DNA of 64,000 bases. Origin: an uncultured delta proteobacterium (GTDB lineage Bacteria; Desulfobacterota; Syntrophia; Syntrophales; UBA2192). Under the pieces are notes generated by a model, which was not told where the DNA came from, ran no database searches, and worked only from the letters and a program-made list of their open reading frames with translations. Positions 9,999 through 19,320 of this stretch are shown piece by piece. The stretch is from NCBI GenBank assembly GCA_963705165.1, contig CAVPJD010000008.1, positions 32,001 to 96,000 of the forward strand. The letters run 5' to 3'. Numbering within the stretch: the first letter of the stretch is position 1; the number at the start of each line of letters is the position of its first letter. The position numbers were made by a program, and so were the translations under genes.

Positions 9999-10228
9999 CC
10001 TTCTCCTCCTTCCCTGCTGATACCCAGAATAGAATGAATACGGCCGCACGGCAACAGCGCCTGACGCCGACGAAGCCTTATCGTCGATTCGTTTTCCTGT
10101 CAACGAAAAACTCCTCTTGCCCGGCTGTAAAGCACCTTTCACGACCCGGTGCCTGCCTGCCCTAAGAGCCCGTTCCCCGGCCATCGAAAAAGGAGTGAGA
10201 GGATATTTGCGGAAGCATCATTTTTTTC

Positions 10229-10258
10229 TTGACAAATAGAACGATCGTTCTATATATA
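10229..10258 (+). promoter_or_regulatory. Sigma-70 promoter with 18-bp perfect palindrome (GAAC-N4-GTTC, LexA box) in the spacer
   Basis: TTGACA 10229-34; ATAGAACGATCGTTCTAT 10236-53; TATATA -10-like element; upstream of lexA-like gene. Confidence 0.8.
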
Positions 10259-10435
10259 GCAGGCATAAGGCTAAAGGCGTTGGGCTCACGGTAAGAAGCT
10301 GAATCCACCCATTCAATGTGCCTTACGCCATAAGCCGTAAACCGATTTTGCCGGGATCACGGCACGATGCAAACAGGGAAGAAACGCAAGGTATCCCTCC
10401 TGGTGCCTGAAGCCCGATGCCCGGAGCCTGATTCT

Positions 10436-11023
10436 ATGAGAGGAAACAGGACCCTCAAGAGCGTTGAGAAGGATATTGCCGGGTTCTACCGGGGCCAGAG
10501 GCGAATGCCTACCTACGCGGAGATGATGACCCTCCTGGGGGTTCGCTCCAAGGCCGTCGTCTATTTCTGGGTTCAGAAGCTCCTGGCCGATGGGGTGCTG
10601 GAAAAGGATACCCGGGGGTTCCTGCACCCGTCGCGCAGGGCCTTCGGCCTGCCCATGGTGGGCAACGTTGCCGCAGGGTTCCCCTCCCCTGCCGAGGAGG
10701 AGCTCCGGGACGTCATCTCCTTCGACGAGTACCTCATCACGAAACCCGGCACATCATTTCTGCTGCGGGTGTCGGGGGACTCCATGATCGACGAGGGGAT
10801 CCACCAGGGAGATCTGGTCGTCATCGAGAAAGGCCGGGAGCCGAAATCGGGCGACATCGTGATCGCCGAGGTTGACGGCGAGTGGACACTGAAATTCTTC
10901 CGGAAAAAGGGAAAGGACGTATTCCTGGAGGCGGCCAACGTGAAGTACCCGCCCATCCGCGCCCGGTCGGAACTGCGCGTGGGCGGCGTGGTGAGCGCCG
11001 TAGTGCGCAAATACCCGGGCTGA
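10436..11023 (+). CDS. lexA: LexA family transcriptional repressor (S24 peptidase)
   Basis: N-terminal MPTYAEMMTLLGVRSKAVV HTH; VAAGFPSPA cleavage site; VSGDSM (Ser) and EWTLK (Lys) dyad. Start uncertain. Confidence 0.85.
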   Translation: MRGNRTLKSVEKDIAGFYRGQRRMPTYAEMMTLLGVRSKAVVYFWVQKLLADGVLEKDTRGFLHPSRRAFGLPMVGNVAAGFPSPAEEELRDVISFDEYLITKPGTSFLLRVSGDSMIDEGIHQGDLVVIEKGREPKSGDIVIAEVDGEWTLKFFRKKGKDVFLEAANVKYPPIRARSELRVGGVVSAVVRKYPG

Positions 11024-11084
11024 GGGTTCTGCGGCCGTTCAGGACCGGAAGCCCTCACAAAAAAAGCATGAACGAACAAGAAAC

Positions 11085-11339
11085 ATGACGGAGGCGTCAG
11101 CGATGAATGCGAAAGTGATCGATCGTCTGGAAGGCCTGGAGGGTTTCAGCAGGCTGAGCATCAGGGCGGCGTCGCGGATGGTCTCCCCGATCCGCCGCTT
11201 CAGGAACATGGTCGAGTTGAGCGACTGGGAGGACAGAATCCTTCGGAGGGAGCAGGAAATCGACGCCTTCTGCTGGATGCTCGCCGGCGGGACGGCGGCA
11301 CTGCTGCTGCCGGTGGGCTTCCTCGTCCTGAAAGGCTAG
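11085..11339 (+). CDS. Hypothetical protein with C-terminal TM helix
   Basis: Short ORF after lexA; GGAGG before Met at 11103; hydrophobic C-terminus. Confidence 0.5.
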   Translation: MTEASAMNAKVIDRLEGLEGFSRLSIRAASRMVSPIRRFRNMVELSDWEDRILRREQEIDAFCWMLAGGTAALLLPVGFLVLKG

Positions 11340-11352
11340 GGCCACTGGACCC

Positions 11353-11436
11353 TGTGGCTAGTGGTCAGTGATTTGTGGTTAGTGAACGGCAATTGGGGCG
11401 TTAAGATTTTTTCACAAGCCACTAGTCACTAGCCAC
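11353..11436. repeat. Heptamer repeats with inverted arm (GTGGCTA-like / CACTAGC-like)
   Basis: gtggcta gtggtca gtgattt gtggtta gtgaa ... ttcacaagc cactagt cactagc cact; same family as 4110-4179. Confidence 0.8.
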
Positions 11437-11705
11437 TTCGCCTAATTTCCGGGAGAAACAATCTTCGTGGCGGTCTTTCTGGCCGTGCCAGGCTTCCCAT
11501 CTGCCTGACCGGGGATCTGCGTTGGGTATTGTCCCGGCGCGGGCTGTCATCTTCGCGTAATATTCTGTTTGATATTATTGGGCACCGCCGGTAAAATGAT
11601 CGATGTAAAAATCGTGGCTTCAAGCTGAAAATGAAGCGGGGGATGCCCGATTTCCGGCGCCCTGATTGTCGAATCTCAAATCGAATATCAGAAGGAGGAC
11701 GTTTC

Positions 11706-12272
11706 ATGAACAAGAAAATCCTTTTATCGGTTCTGGCCGCAATCCTGATGCTGGCCATCGGCTGCACCACCACGGGCACGAGTTCGGGCGACCCCGACAT
11801 GACGCGTCGCGGCCTTGACACCAACGCCGACGCTGCGCTCTCCAGGCTCTATGCACAGGTCGCCGGATCGGAGCAGATGGTGCGCCAGGCCAGAGGCGTG
11901 CTGGTGTTCCCGTCCGTGTTAGAGGCCGGCTTTGTCTTCGGTGCCTCGCGCGGCAATGGCGTGTTGCGCGTCGGCGGAAATACGGTGAGCTATCACGCCA
12001 CGACGAGCGGATCGTGGGGCCTGCAGGCCGGCGCCCAGTCGACGGCGGTCTTTATCCTGTTCATGACGGACGAGGCGTTGAAGCGGTTTCAGGACAGCCG
12101 GGGCTGGACGGCGGGCACCGACGCATCGGTGACCTTGATCTCCGTGGGCGCGAGCGCCCAGGTGACCACTGCCACGGCGCAGCAGCCCGTCGTCGGATAC
12201 GTGCTTTCCAACCGCGGGCTCATGGCGGGCATCACGCTGGACGGGACGCGCATCACCCGGCTGGATCTCTAA
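11706..12272 (+). CDS. Ysc84/SYLF-domain lipoprotein
   Basis: Lipobox AIGC; GVLVFPSVLEAGFVFGASRGNG, SWGLQAGAQ, GLMAGITLDGTRIT; AGGAGG RBS. Confidence 0.9.
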   Translation: MNKKILLSVLAAILMLAIGCTTTGTSSGDPDMTRRGLDTNADAALSRLYAQVAGSEQMVRQARGVLVFPSVLEAGFVFGASRGNGVLRVGGNTVSYHATTSGSWGLQAGAQSTAVFILFMTDEALKRFQDSRGWTAGTDASVTLISVGASAQVTTATAQQPVVGYVLSNRGLMAGITLDGTRITRLDL

Positions 12273-12308
12273 CCCCTGCCCGAGCGGCATGGGACCGGCG
12301 AAGGGATC

Positions 12309-13594
12309 ATGATCGCTCCGAGAATTGCGCTTTTGTTTGTCGCTGCCGCGGTCCTGGCGGGCTGTGCCATACCGGTCCGCCCGGATCCGGCAGCGGAGGA
12401 TCGCCTGGTGATCCGGGGAGAGATGTTCTTCCCGGAGCACCTCGCGCTGACGCCCGACTGCGTGGCCATCGTGGAGTTGCGCGCGGACGATGCCGGGCCC
12501 TCGGAGCTGGTGGCCGAGAAGCGCTGGCGACTGGACGGGCGGCAGTTGCCGATCCCGTTTGAGCTGAGTGTGGATCCTTCCACACTCAAGAGCCGCTCAC
12601 CCCATGTTTTCCGCGGGGCGATCGTTTCAACGCCGGGCCCGGTGCGCGCCACGGACGCCGTGGAGATCACCGCCCGGACAGGGGTGGTGGAGCTGGGCGC
12701 CTTGAGGCTGAGGCCGGTGGCACAGATCGCCTTCGGCACCCCGTACCTTTGCGGAGACACATCGGTCATCTTCGGCGCGCTCGGCAAGCATGTACGGATG
12801 ATTGTCAGGGGCGAAGCCTTCGACCTGGAAGCGGCGGCATCGGCCTCCGGCGCCCGCTACGAGGCGCTCGACGGCACGGATCACCCTGCTTCTGGAGCAA
12901 GGGGAATCGCGCCACGGTGACCGTGCGCGGCGTGGGCCTCCCGGAGTGCAGGGCCGTCACCGCGCCCGAGCTCCCGTTCACTGCCCGAGGCCAGGAGCCC
13001 GGCTGGCTGATCAGGATCGACGAAAGCGGGATCTCCCTGAACACCGACTTCGGGGCTCTGCAACTCCGCATGCCGTGGACGGAACCGCAGATCACCGCCG
13101 ACGGCATCCTCTACCGGACGGCCGCCAACGGCCGCCGCCTGTCGGTTTCCATTCAGCCCCGGATCTGTGCCGATATCGCCACCGGCATGCCCCACCCCTA
13201 CCGGGTGCGTTACGAGCTCGACGGGGGGACGCGCTCCGGTTGCGGCGGTGACCCGAGAACGCTGCTGACCGGTGGAGAATGGACCGTGGAGAGCATCGGC
13301 GGTAAGCCGGTGATCGCCAACTCCAGCGTGACGATCCTGTTCCTGAAGGAAGACCGGGTGGCCGGTAACGCCTCCTGCAACCGTTTCATCGGCGGTTACC
13401 GGCTGAACGGGGAAGGCCTCTCTTTCCACCAGCTGGGGGGCACGATGATGGCTTGCGAGGATCCGCTGAGCGAGCAGGAAACCCGCTTCCTGGGTCTGTT
13501 GCGGGATACTTACCGCTTCGAGATCGACCCGAAGGGCCGCCTCGTACTGCACACGACCCGGCAGCAGAGCATCGAGGCCCGGCAACACAATTGA
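12309..13594 (+). pseudogene. YbaY-MliC-like-META (HslJ) multidomain lipoprotein, frameshifted near 12885 (possibly an assembly error)
   Basis: LAGC lipobox, QLPIPFEL (YbaY-like), ASASGARY...FWSKG (MliC-like, split by frame change), ARGQEPGW, GNASCNRF and GTMMAC (META). Confidence 0.8.
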
Positions 13595-13739
13595 CGTCCC
13601 TCTCTTTGTACAACCCTCCGCGATTCCACTGCCAGCGGGCCGAACCGGCCCAGCGGGACTGATCCTGCACACGCTCGTCGTACCGGCTCAGATCCCAGTA
13701 CAGACCCGCATCCTTCTCAAGGCTTCGCGTCAAAGGCTC

Positions 13740-13808
13740 AAATCCCCCCTTCCCCACTTTACGAAAGGGGGGAAATGCTGTCGGCTGTCGGCTGTTGGCT
13801 GTCGGCTT
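13740..13808. repeat. REP-like CCCCC-TTT/AAA-GGGGG palindrome followed by GCTGTCG x4
   Basis: aaatccccccttccccactttacgaaagggggga then gctgtcg gctgtcg gctgttg gctgtcg; reverse-oriented relative at 32749-32783. Confidence 0.7.
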
Positions 13809-13821
13809 CTTACCCTGGACC

Positions 13822-14659
13822 CTATTTTGTGACCAGGTAGTCAGCATCCTCCACCGTAAGTCTCCCCTTGCCGTCCGGATCCGGCAGGATGACCGAGACC
13901 GTCACATCGGGCCTCATCGTCGCAATCTGCCTGGGGATGGCCCGCTTCCAGGCGTGCACAGAACCCGCAAGGATGACGATCCGGCTGCCCGGATTTTTGT
14001 CCAGGTAATCGAGGGCGTAGATCGCCATGGCCGTATCCCAGACCATCTGGGCTTCGCAGAAATGATCGAAGGAGCGCCCCGATCCGTGGGCGTGCTCCGT
14101 GAAGGTTTTCCGGATGAAGGCACGGTATTCCTCGTCAATCGTGCAGGTAAGACCCGGCGGGAGTTTCTTTCTTTCGGTCTCCGTAAGCGAGGCAAAGCCT
14201 TCGCGCGCCACTTTCGAGACAATCTCCCGTGGCACGTTCAGGCCCACCAGGGGAATCCTCTTCTGCCGGGTGTAGAGGAAAATGTCCCTGTAGAGCAGCC
14301 AGGGCATCCCCCAGTTTTCACGGTAGAGTGACTCGAACTGCTCCGTCGGCATCCCCCAGCGCCACCACTTGTCCAGCAGCTCCTGGCTCTCGGCCCTGAA
14401 CATCTCGAGGCCGACCGCCAGCGGCGCACCGCCTTCATAGAGCGTCCGGATGATTTTGAGCTGCAGGTCATGGTGGGCCTGGTTTCGTGGGTTTCGCCGA
14501 CGATGATGACCCGGCTCTTCGAGGTCTCCGCGACCATCCGGTCGAAGGGAATCGCGACATGGTCCTTCAGCCGCACGACATCACCGTCCTGGCAGCCCGC
14601 CAGGAGAGGGATTGCCGCGGCCACGATCGCGGACAGGACGATTCGATGGAGGAATTCAT
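13822..14659 (-). pseudogene. ChaN-family (DUF399) lipoprotein with two 1-nt deletions (possibly assembly errors)
   Basis: Adding one A at ~14655 and one base at ~14484 gives MKFLHRIVLSAIVAAAIPLLAGC...VGETHxNQAHHDLQLKII...GLEMF...AQMVWDTAMA...LAGSVH. Confidence 0.85.
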
Positions 14660-14765
14660 AGGGCTTCCCCGCTTTCCTTCGTCCATATGAATCGGGACGG
14701 GCCGGATTGTCAAGCGGATGTACGATAGCATCGGCATGTCAAAATCATCCGACACCTGGAAAAAG

Positions 14766-14780
14766 ATGACCGACGGTCAT
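14766..14780. promoter_or_regulatory. Inverted repeat operator ATGACCG-A-CGGTCAT (TetR-like)
   Basis: Perfect 7-1-7 palindrome in the divergent AT-rich intergenic region, upstream of TTGACA at 14807. Confidence 0.5.
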
Positions 14781-14986
14781 GTCCTGAATGATTACGGAAA
14801 TTTAGCTTGACAAAAATCATCAACATTATTATTGAACTTACGTTGCTCTGGTAATATCCGATGATTGCATTGCACTGGATGCAATGGGACTATAGTACAA
14901 ATGTAGAAAAATATAGGATGATTACCGGTCCGGCACCTCCACTTCGTCCCGATTCAGCGCGGGACATGGAGGGCTGACAAGGGGAG

Positions 14987-15979
14987 GTGGTTTCCATCTA
15001 CAAGAAAAGAATGTCCCGGCAGATTCTCGGATTCATTGCTGTCACGCTGCGTTGGCCCCTGCTTTTTTTGCTGACGTCGGCAGATTTTTCAATTTCAACT
15101 GCATCTTCACCGTCTACCCCGGCTCTCAGACGTGATGTGGACGGGTATTTCCCGACGGGACTGAAGTGGTTTCTGAAACCCATCGCCTCGGGCAAGCCTT
15201 TTGTCGCTGGCATGATCACCACCGGAAACGGCCTGGGACGCGGCCTTGTCCTTGCCGTTCCGAACACCGTAGAGCAGTTCAAGGCCGACCGAAAACTGGT
15301 CGGGAACATCATGAAGCGCCTCAAGTTCACCAAGACCTTGACGGGCGCAAAAACGATCGCCGTCGCAGGGCAGGGACCGCGGTTCTTCAAGTCCCATTTT
15401 CCCTATGAGCAACCTTTTGTATACGGCCTGAAGGGCAGGGTTTTCTCCGTGGTGGAAACGGTGGAACGAGTGGTGGAAAGGCACAACCTTCCCAAGGACG
15501 GGACCACCGTTGCCATCCTGGGTGTGGGGGAGATCGGCGAGGCGATCATCCGGAACCTGGAGGAAAAAGGCTACCGTGCCCTCGGGATCGACATAAAGAT
15601 CAGAGAGGGAAGCGTGGAGCTTTGCAATGAAGGGATGGCGAGGCTCAAAAAGGCCGATCTCATCGTGGTCCAGACCCCCCGGGGCGATGACGTGGTGCCC
15701 TACTACGAAGACTTGAAGAAGTCGGCGATCCTGATCGACGACTCCCATCCCCGGATCACCGTCAAACCCGGCGAAGTGAAATTCTACAAGGTCGCCATCG
15801 GCCGCACCGGCGTCGAGTTCAAGCCCCCGCTTCCCGGGTACGAGAAGTACTGGATCCCCGGGTGCGTCCAGGAGTCACTGGTCGTTGCAGAATCCGGAAA
15901 AGCCGAGATGCCACAGGAGGAGTTCAACCGCAGATCGAAGGAACTGGGCTTCTTCGCCCACATGGTAGACGACCGCTGA
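14987..15979 (+). CDS. Hypothetical Rossmann-fold protein (COG5322/acyl-ACP reductase-like)
   Basis: TVAILGVGEIG dinucleotide motif, ILIDDSHP, PGCVQES; GGAGG RBS before GTG. Confidence 0.7.
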   Translation: MVSIYKKRMSRQILGFIAVTLRWPLLFLLTSADFSISTASSPSTPALRRDVDGYFPTGLKWFLKPIASGKPFVAGMITTGNGLGRGLVLAVPNTVEQFKADRKLVGNIMKRLKFTKTLTGAKTIAVAGQGPRFFKSHFPYEQPFVYGLKGRVFSVVETVERVVERHNLPKDGTTVAILGVGEIGEAIIRNLEEKGYRALGIDIKIREGSVELCNEGMARLKKADLIVVQTPRGDDVVPYYEDLKKSAILIDDSHPRITVKPGEVKFYKVAIGRTGVEFKPPLPGYEKYWIPGCVQESLVVAESGKAEMPQEEFNRRSKELGFFAHMVDDR

Positions 15980-15981
15980 AG

Positions 15982-16096
15982 ACAGGCTAAAGGCAACAGG
16001 CCACAGGCTACAGAAAAAAAAGGCGAAGAAGCAGATTCTTCGCCTTTTCATTCTTTTCTTCTACCCAATACCCTATACCCAATCCCCAATACCCCT
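15982..16096. repeat. Heptamer repeats flanking a terminator (ACAGGCT-like; ATACCCA-like)
   Basis: acaggct aaaggca acaggcc acaggct ... tacccaa tacccta tacccaa tccccaa tacccc. Confidence 0.7.
16014..16048. terminator. Bidirectional intrinsic terminator
   Basis: AAAAGGCGAAGAA-GCAGA-TTCTTCGCCTTTT between convergent genes. Confidence 0.85.
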
Positions 16097-16098
16097 TT

Positions 16099-16527
16099 TC
16101 ATTGTCCGTTACCGTTCGCGACCCCGATGCGGTCGATGGTCGTCAGCACCTTGAGCCCATCATAGTCCACGAAGAAACCGCCGTCCCTGACGGGGATGCC
16201 CATCGCCATCTCATCGCCCGCCTCGGCAGCCGCCGAGTTGCAGATCCCGACGCTTGCGAAATAACACAAGGCATTATTTCGCTCGGCGTGCTCCAGGTTG
16301 TAGAAGGCCTCTTTGTCGTCGGCCAGCTTTCCCTTGTTCGGGTAGACATCGGTCCGGACGACCACGAAGCACAACCGGCCGTTTTTCCTGGCGACGATCT
16401 GCGGGGTCATGGCAAGCGATGGGTTCGCGCCGAGAATCTCGTAGCCGTCCCTGGCCATCTCCTCGTAGACAATCTGGACTCCGAAGTCCTGAATCTCTTC
16501 CCGGGTCATCATTTCGTTTTTTTCCAC
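16099..16527 (-). CDS. Conserved hypothetical protein (possible PD-(D/E)XK-like fold)
   Basis: MTREEIQDFGVQIV...PQIVARKNGRLCFVVVRTDVYP...CYFASVG; GGAG RBS before GTG 16527. Confidence 0.7.
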   Translation of the reverse strand: MEKNEMMTREEIQDFGVQIVYEEMARDGYEILGANPSLAMTPQIVARKNGRLCFVVVRTDVYPNKGKLADDKEAFYNLEHAERNNALCYFASVGICNSAAAEAGDEMAMGIPVRDGGFFVDYDGLKVLTTIDRIGVANGNGQ

Positions 16528-16564
16528 AAATCGCTCTCCCGCAGTGTCGTTGTACATCCCTTTC

Positions 16565-19240
16565 CTAGGCCGCCTTGTCGAGCTCGACCCGGACGGCAAT
16601 GGCAATCTTTTCCAGCGTGTATGGCTTTTTCAGATACTGCCCGGCTCCCAGCTTCTGGGCCTCTTTGACACGATCCGTCTCGGCAAAACCGCTCACGATG
16701 ATCGCCTTCTGCCCGGGACGATGTTCCGCGATTTTCCGATAGGTCTCAAGACCGTCGATGCCCGGATCCATGATCATGTCAAGGATGACGAGGCTCGCCG
16801 GCTTGTTTTTCAGGTACTCAACGGCCTCTTCCCCGCTCGCGAGTGTCTCCGTCGAGTAACCCAGCTTGCGCAGCATGGCCGAGGCGAGCTCCCTCTGCTC
16901 CGCCACGTCATCAACAACCAGGACGGTCTCCCCCCTCGACAGGAATTGCTCGATGGGGATCTTCCGGTCCTCCGGCTTGACTGCCGCGCGGTTCACGGGG
17001 AAGTAGAGGGTGAACGTCGTCCCCTTCCCTTCCACGCTCTCGATGTCGATGTATCCCTTGTGGTCCTTCACGGTTCCCCAGACAACAGCCATGCCGAGGC
17101 CGGTGCCGCTACGTCCCATGATCTTCTTCGTGTAAAAGGGCTCGAAGATCTTCTTGATGTCCTTCTGCGCAATCCCGATGCCCGTATCGGCGACCTTCAT
17201 GACGATGTACTCGCCCTCGGTGACCTGGTCGTAGCCGCGGATCGTCGTGTCCACATACTGGTTTGCGGTCTCGATCCGGATGGTGCCGCCACAGGGCATG
17301 GCCTCGGCTGCATTGGAGACGAGATTCATCACGACCTTGGAGAGGTGAACGGAGGAGCCCTGGATGGGGAGCAGATCCCCGGCCAGGTCGCTCTCGATTG
17401 TGCTTGCGGGATGGAACGAGCGGAGCTTCTGGAACTCGGGGCTCCGGAGGTAGTCCGTGATGATGCGGTTCAGTCCCACAGGCTCCATGACAGGCACGCC
17501 GCGCCGCGCGAGGGTCAGCAGGTCCTGGACGATGGCCGCGGCCTTTTCGCCCGAATTCTTGATGGTGATGATGCCTTTGCGCAGGGGGCTGTTGTCCGAC
17601 AGTTCCATCAGGAGCAGGTCGGGGTAGCCGACGATCCCGCCGAGGATGTTGTTGAGGTCGTGGGCAACACCTCCGGCCAGGGTCCCGATGGCCTCCATCT
17701 TTTCCGAGCGGGCGAGCCTCTCCTCGAGGGCCTTCTTCTCCCGCTCGCTCTGCTTCTTCTCCGTGATGTCCCGGATGGTGGTGAGAATCGCATCCTGTCC
17801 GCTCAGGGCGATCCTGCTGGCGCAGATCTCGATATCGACGATGTCCCCGTCCCTGCGAATGTCCCGGATCTGGTAAGAGCGAAGATCGTGGTGCGGCCAC
17901 GTTTCCCTGCGCTCGACGAGGATATGGCGGTCATCGGGGTGGATGAATTCCACAACATCCCTGCCCAGGATCTCGCCCTTGTCCTTGTACCCGTGCAGGA
18001 CCAGCCAGGCCGGGTTGACGTCGATCATCTTGCCGTCGCGGGAGACGCTCATCGCCTCCATGGAGTCCTCGAAGAGGGTGCGGTACTTCCTCTCCGATTC
18101 CGTGAGCGCGTTTTCCGCGACCTTGCGGTCGGTAATGTCCCGCAACATCGTCAATACGGCCACAGGGCTTCCTGTTGCATCCCGCAGGGCCACGTTTGCG
18201 GCGCAGTGGTAGAAGGCCTCCTGCCCCTGACGGGTCTTGAGTGTCGTGTCGCTGCTGTGGATCTCGCCGTCCCGGAAAGTCTGCAGCGCGTAGCAGGGAT
18301 AGGGCTCGCAGGGCCATGCCTTGTTGCACAGCACCTCGTGGCATTTCGCTCCGTCGCAGCCCAGGGCGAAAGACTCTTTTGCCTTGTCGTTGTACCAGAC
18401 GATGTTCAGGTCCCGGTCGATCATGATCATGCTGTCGCCGACGGACCGAAGCATGGCGTTGAGCTTGCCCTCGCTCGCCCGGAGTGCCTCCTCGGAGCGC
18501 TTGCGCTCCTCCATCTCGCCCGCCAGCTGGAGGTTCGCCCGGTAGAGCTGCGCGGTGCGCTCCTCCACCCTCTGCTCGAGTTGCTCGCCCGCCTTGCGCA
18601 GCTTCTCCTCGGTATCCTGCAGGGCGGACACGGCGCTCTTGAGCTCCGTATTGACGCCTTCGAGCTTCATCGTGGCCTTCTCCCGCGTCCTCTCGAAGAA
18701 GTAGGAGAAGGCGGTGACGACGAGGAAGGAGGGGATGAAGCGCAGCTTGAAATCCAGCGAATACGTCGTGAAGGGGCTCGGCGGGTTCTCCCACATGAAG
18801 AAGGCAACGGCCGGGACGAGCATCAGCAGCGTTGCGGCAAGACCCGGCCGGGAGCCGAGAATAAATGACGCAATCAGGGGGTAGGTGAAGTACCAGACGT
18901 GGGCCGTGTTGTTCACCCCTCCGGTGAAGAGCAGATAGTAGTAGAGCACCCCTACGATGATGACCGCGCCATAGAATGCCGTCTTGTGGTCTTTCGTCCT
19001 GCGGAGGTAAATGATCAGACAGGCGAGGGCAAAGGCGGCGCAGAAATCCAGCGCGGCGAGCCAGGGGTTTCTCTGGAAGTAGGCAAGCGTGCCCAGCAGG
19101 ACGAGGTTGAGGATGCCGATCAGGGCGAAGGAGTTGAAAACGATGATCTTGCGGTACAGATCTCGCCCCAGATCGTCGCTCATCCCGCCGCTGACCAGAT
19201 CGAAGGATATCCTCTTCAGCTCCTGAACGTTCACGGACAT
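16565..19240 (-). CDS. Membrane hybrid sensor histidine kinase (TM-PAS-PAS-HisKA-HATPase-REC)
   Basis: About 6 TM helices, two PAS/PAC, AGGVAHDLNN, NLVSNA, DTGIG, FEPFYTKK, GTGLG, VLVVDD...ILDMIM...KP. Confidence 0.95.
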   Translation of the reverse strand: MSVNVQELKRISFDLVSGGMSDDLGRDLYRKIIVFNSFALIGILNLVLLGTLAYFQRNPWLAALDFCAAFALACLIIYLRRTKDHKTAFYGAVIIVGVLYYYLLFTGGVNNTAHVWYFTYPLIASFILGSRPGLAATLLMLVPAVAFFMWENPPSPFTTYSLDFKLRFIPSFLVVTAFSYFFERTREKATMKLEGVNTELKSAVSALQDTEEKLRKAGEQLEQRVEERTAQLYRANLQLAGEMEERKRSEEALRASEGKLNAMLRSVGDSMIMIDRDLNIVWYNDKAKESFALGCDGAKCHEVLCNKAWPCEPYPCYALQTFRDGEIHSSDTTLKTRQGQEAFYHCAANVALRDATGSPVAVLTMLRDITDRKVAENALTESERKYRTLFEDSMEAMSVSRDGKMIDVNPAWLVLHGYKDKGEILGRDVVEFIHPDDRHILVERRETWPHHDLRSYQIRDIRRDGDIVDIEICASRIALSGQDAILTTIRDITEKKQSEREKKALEERLARSEKMEAIGTLAGGVAHDLNNILGGIVGYPDLLLMELSDNSPLRKGIITIKNSGEKAAAIVQDLLTLARRGVPVMEPVGLNRIITDYLRSPEFQKLRSFHPASTIESDLAGDLLPIQGSSVHLSKVVMNLVSNAAEAMPCGGTIRIETANQYVDTTIRGYDQVTEGEYIVMKVADTGIGIAQKDIKKIFEPFYTKKIMGRSGTGLGMAVVWGTVKDHKGYIDIESVEGKGTTFTLYFPVNRAAVKPEDRKIPIEQFLSRGETVLVVDDVAEQRELASAMLRKLGYSTETLASGEEAVEYLKNKPASLVILDMIMDPGIDGLETYRKIAEHRPGQKAIIVSGFAETDRVKEAQKLGAGQYLKKPYTLEKIAIAVRVELDKAA

Positions 19241-19304
19241 GGTCTCGTTCCGATCCCCCCGGATGGGCATCGCATGGGCGATGTCCTGAAAATGTCTTTT
19301 AACT

Positions 19305-19320
19305 AGCAGGTACCATGCCA
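19305..19320 (-). promoter_or_regulatory. Sigma-54 (-24/-12) promoter for the hybrid kinase
   Basis: Minus strand TGGCAT-GGTAC-CTGCT versus consensus TGGCAC-N5-TTGCW, 65 nt upstream of ATG. Confidence 0.6.

Noticed and set aside
15133..15135. TGA as selenocysteine in the alternative frame
   Set aside because: The frame after it is not protein-like; a frameshift explains it better.
16544..18868. 774-aa plus-strand ORF
   Set aside because: Antisense shadow of the hybrid kinase, expected in high-GC DNA; no motifs.
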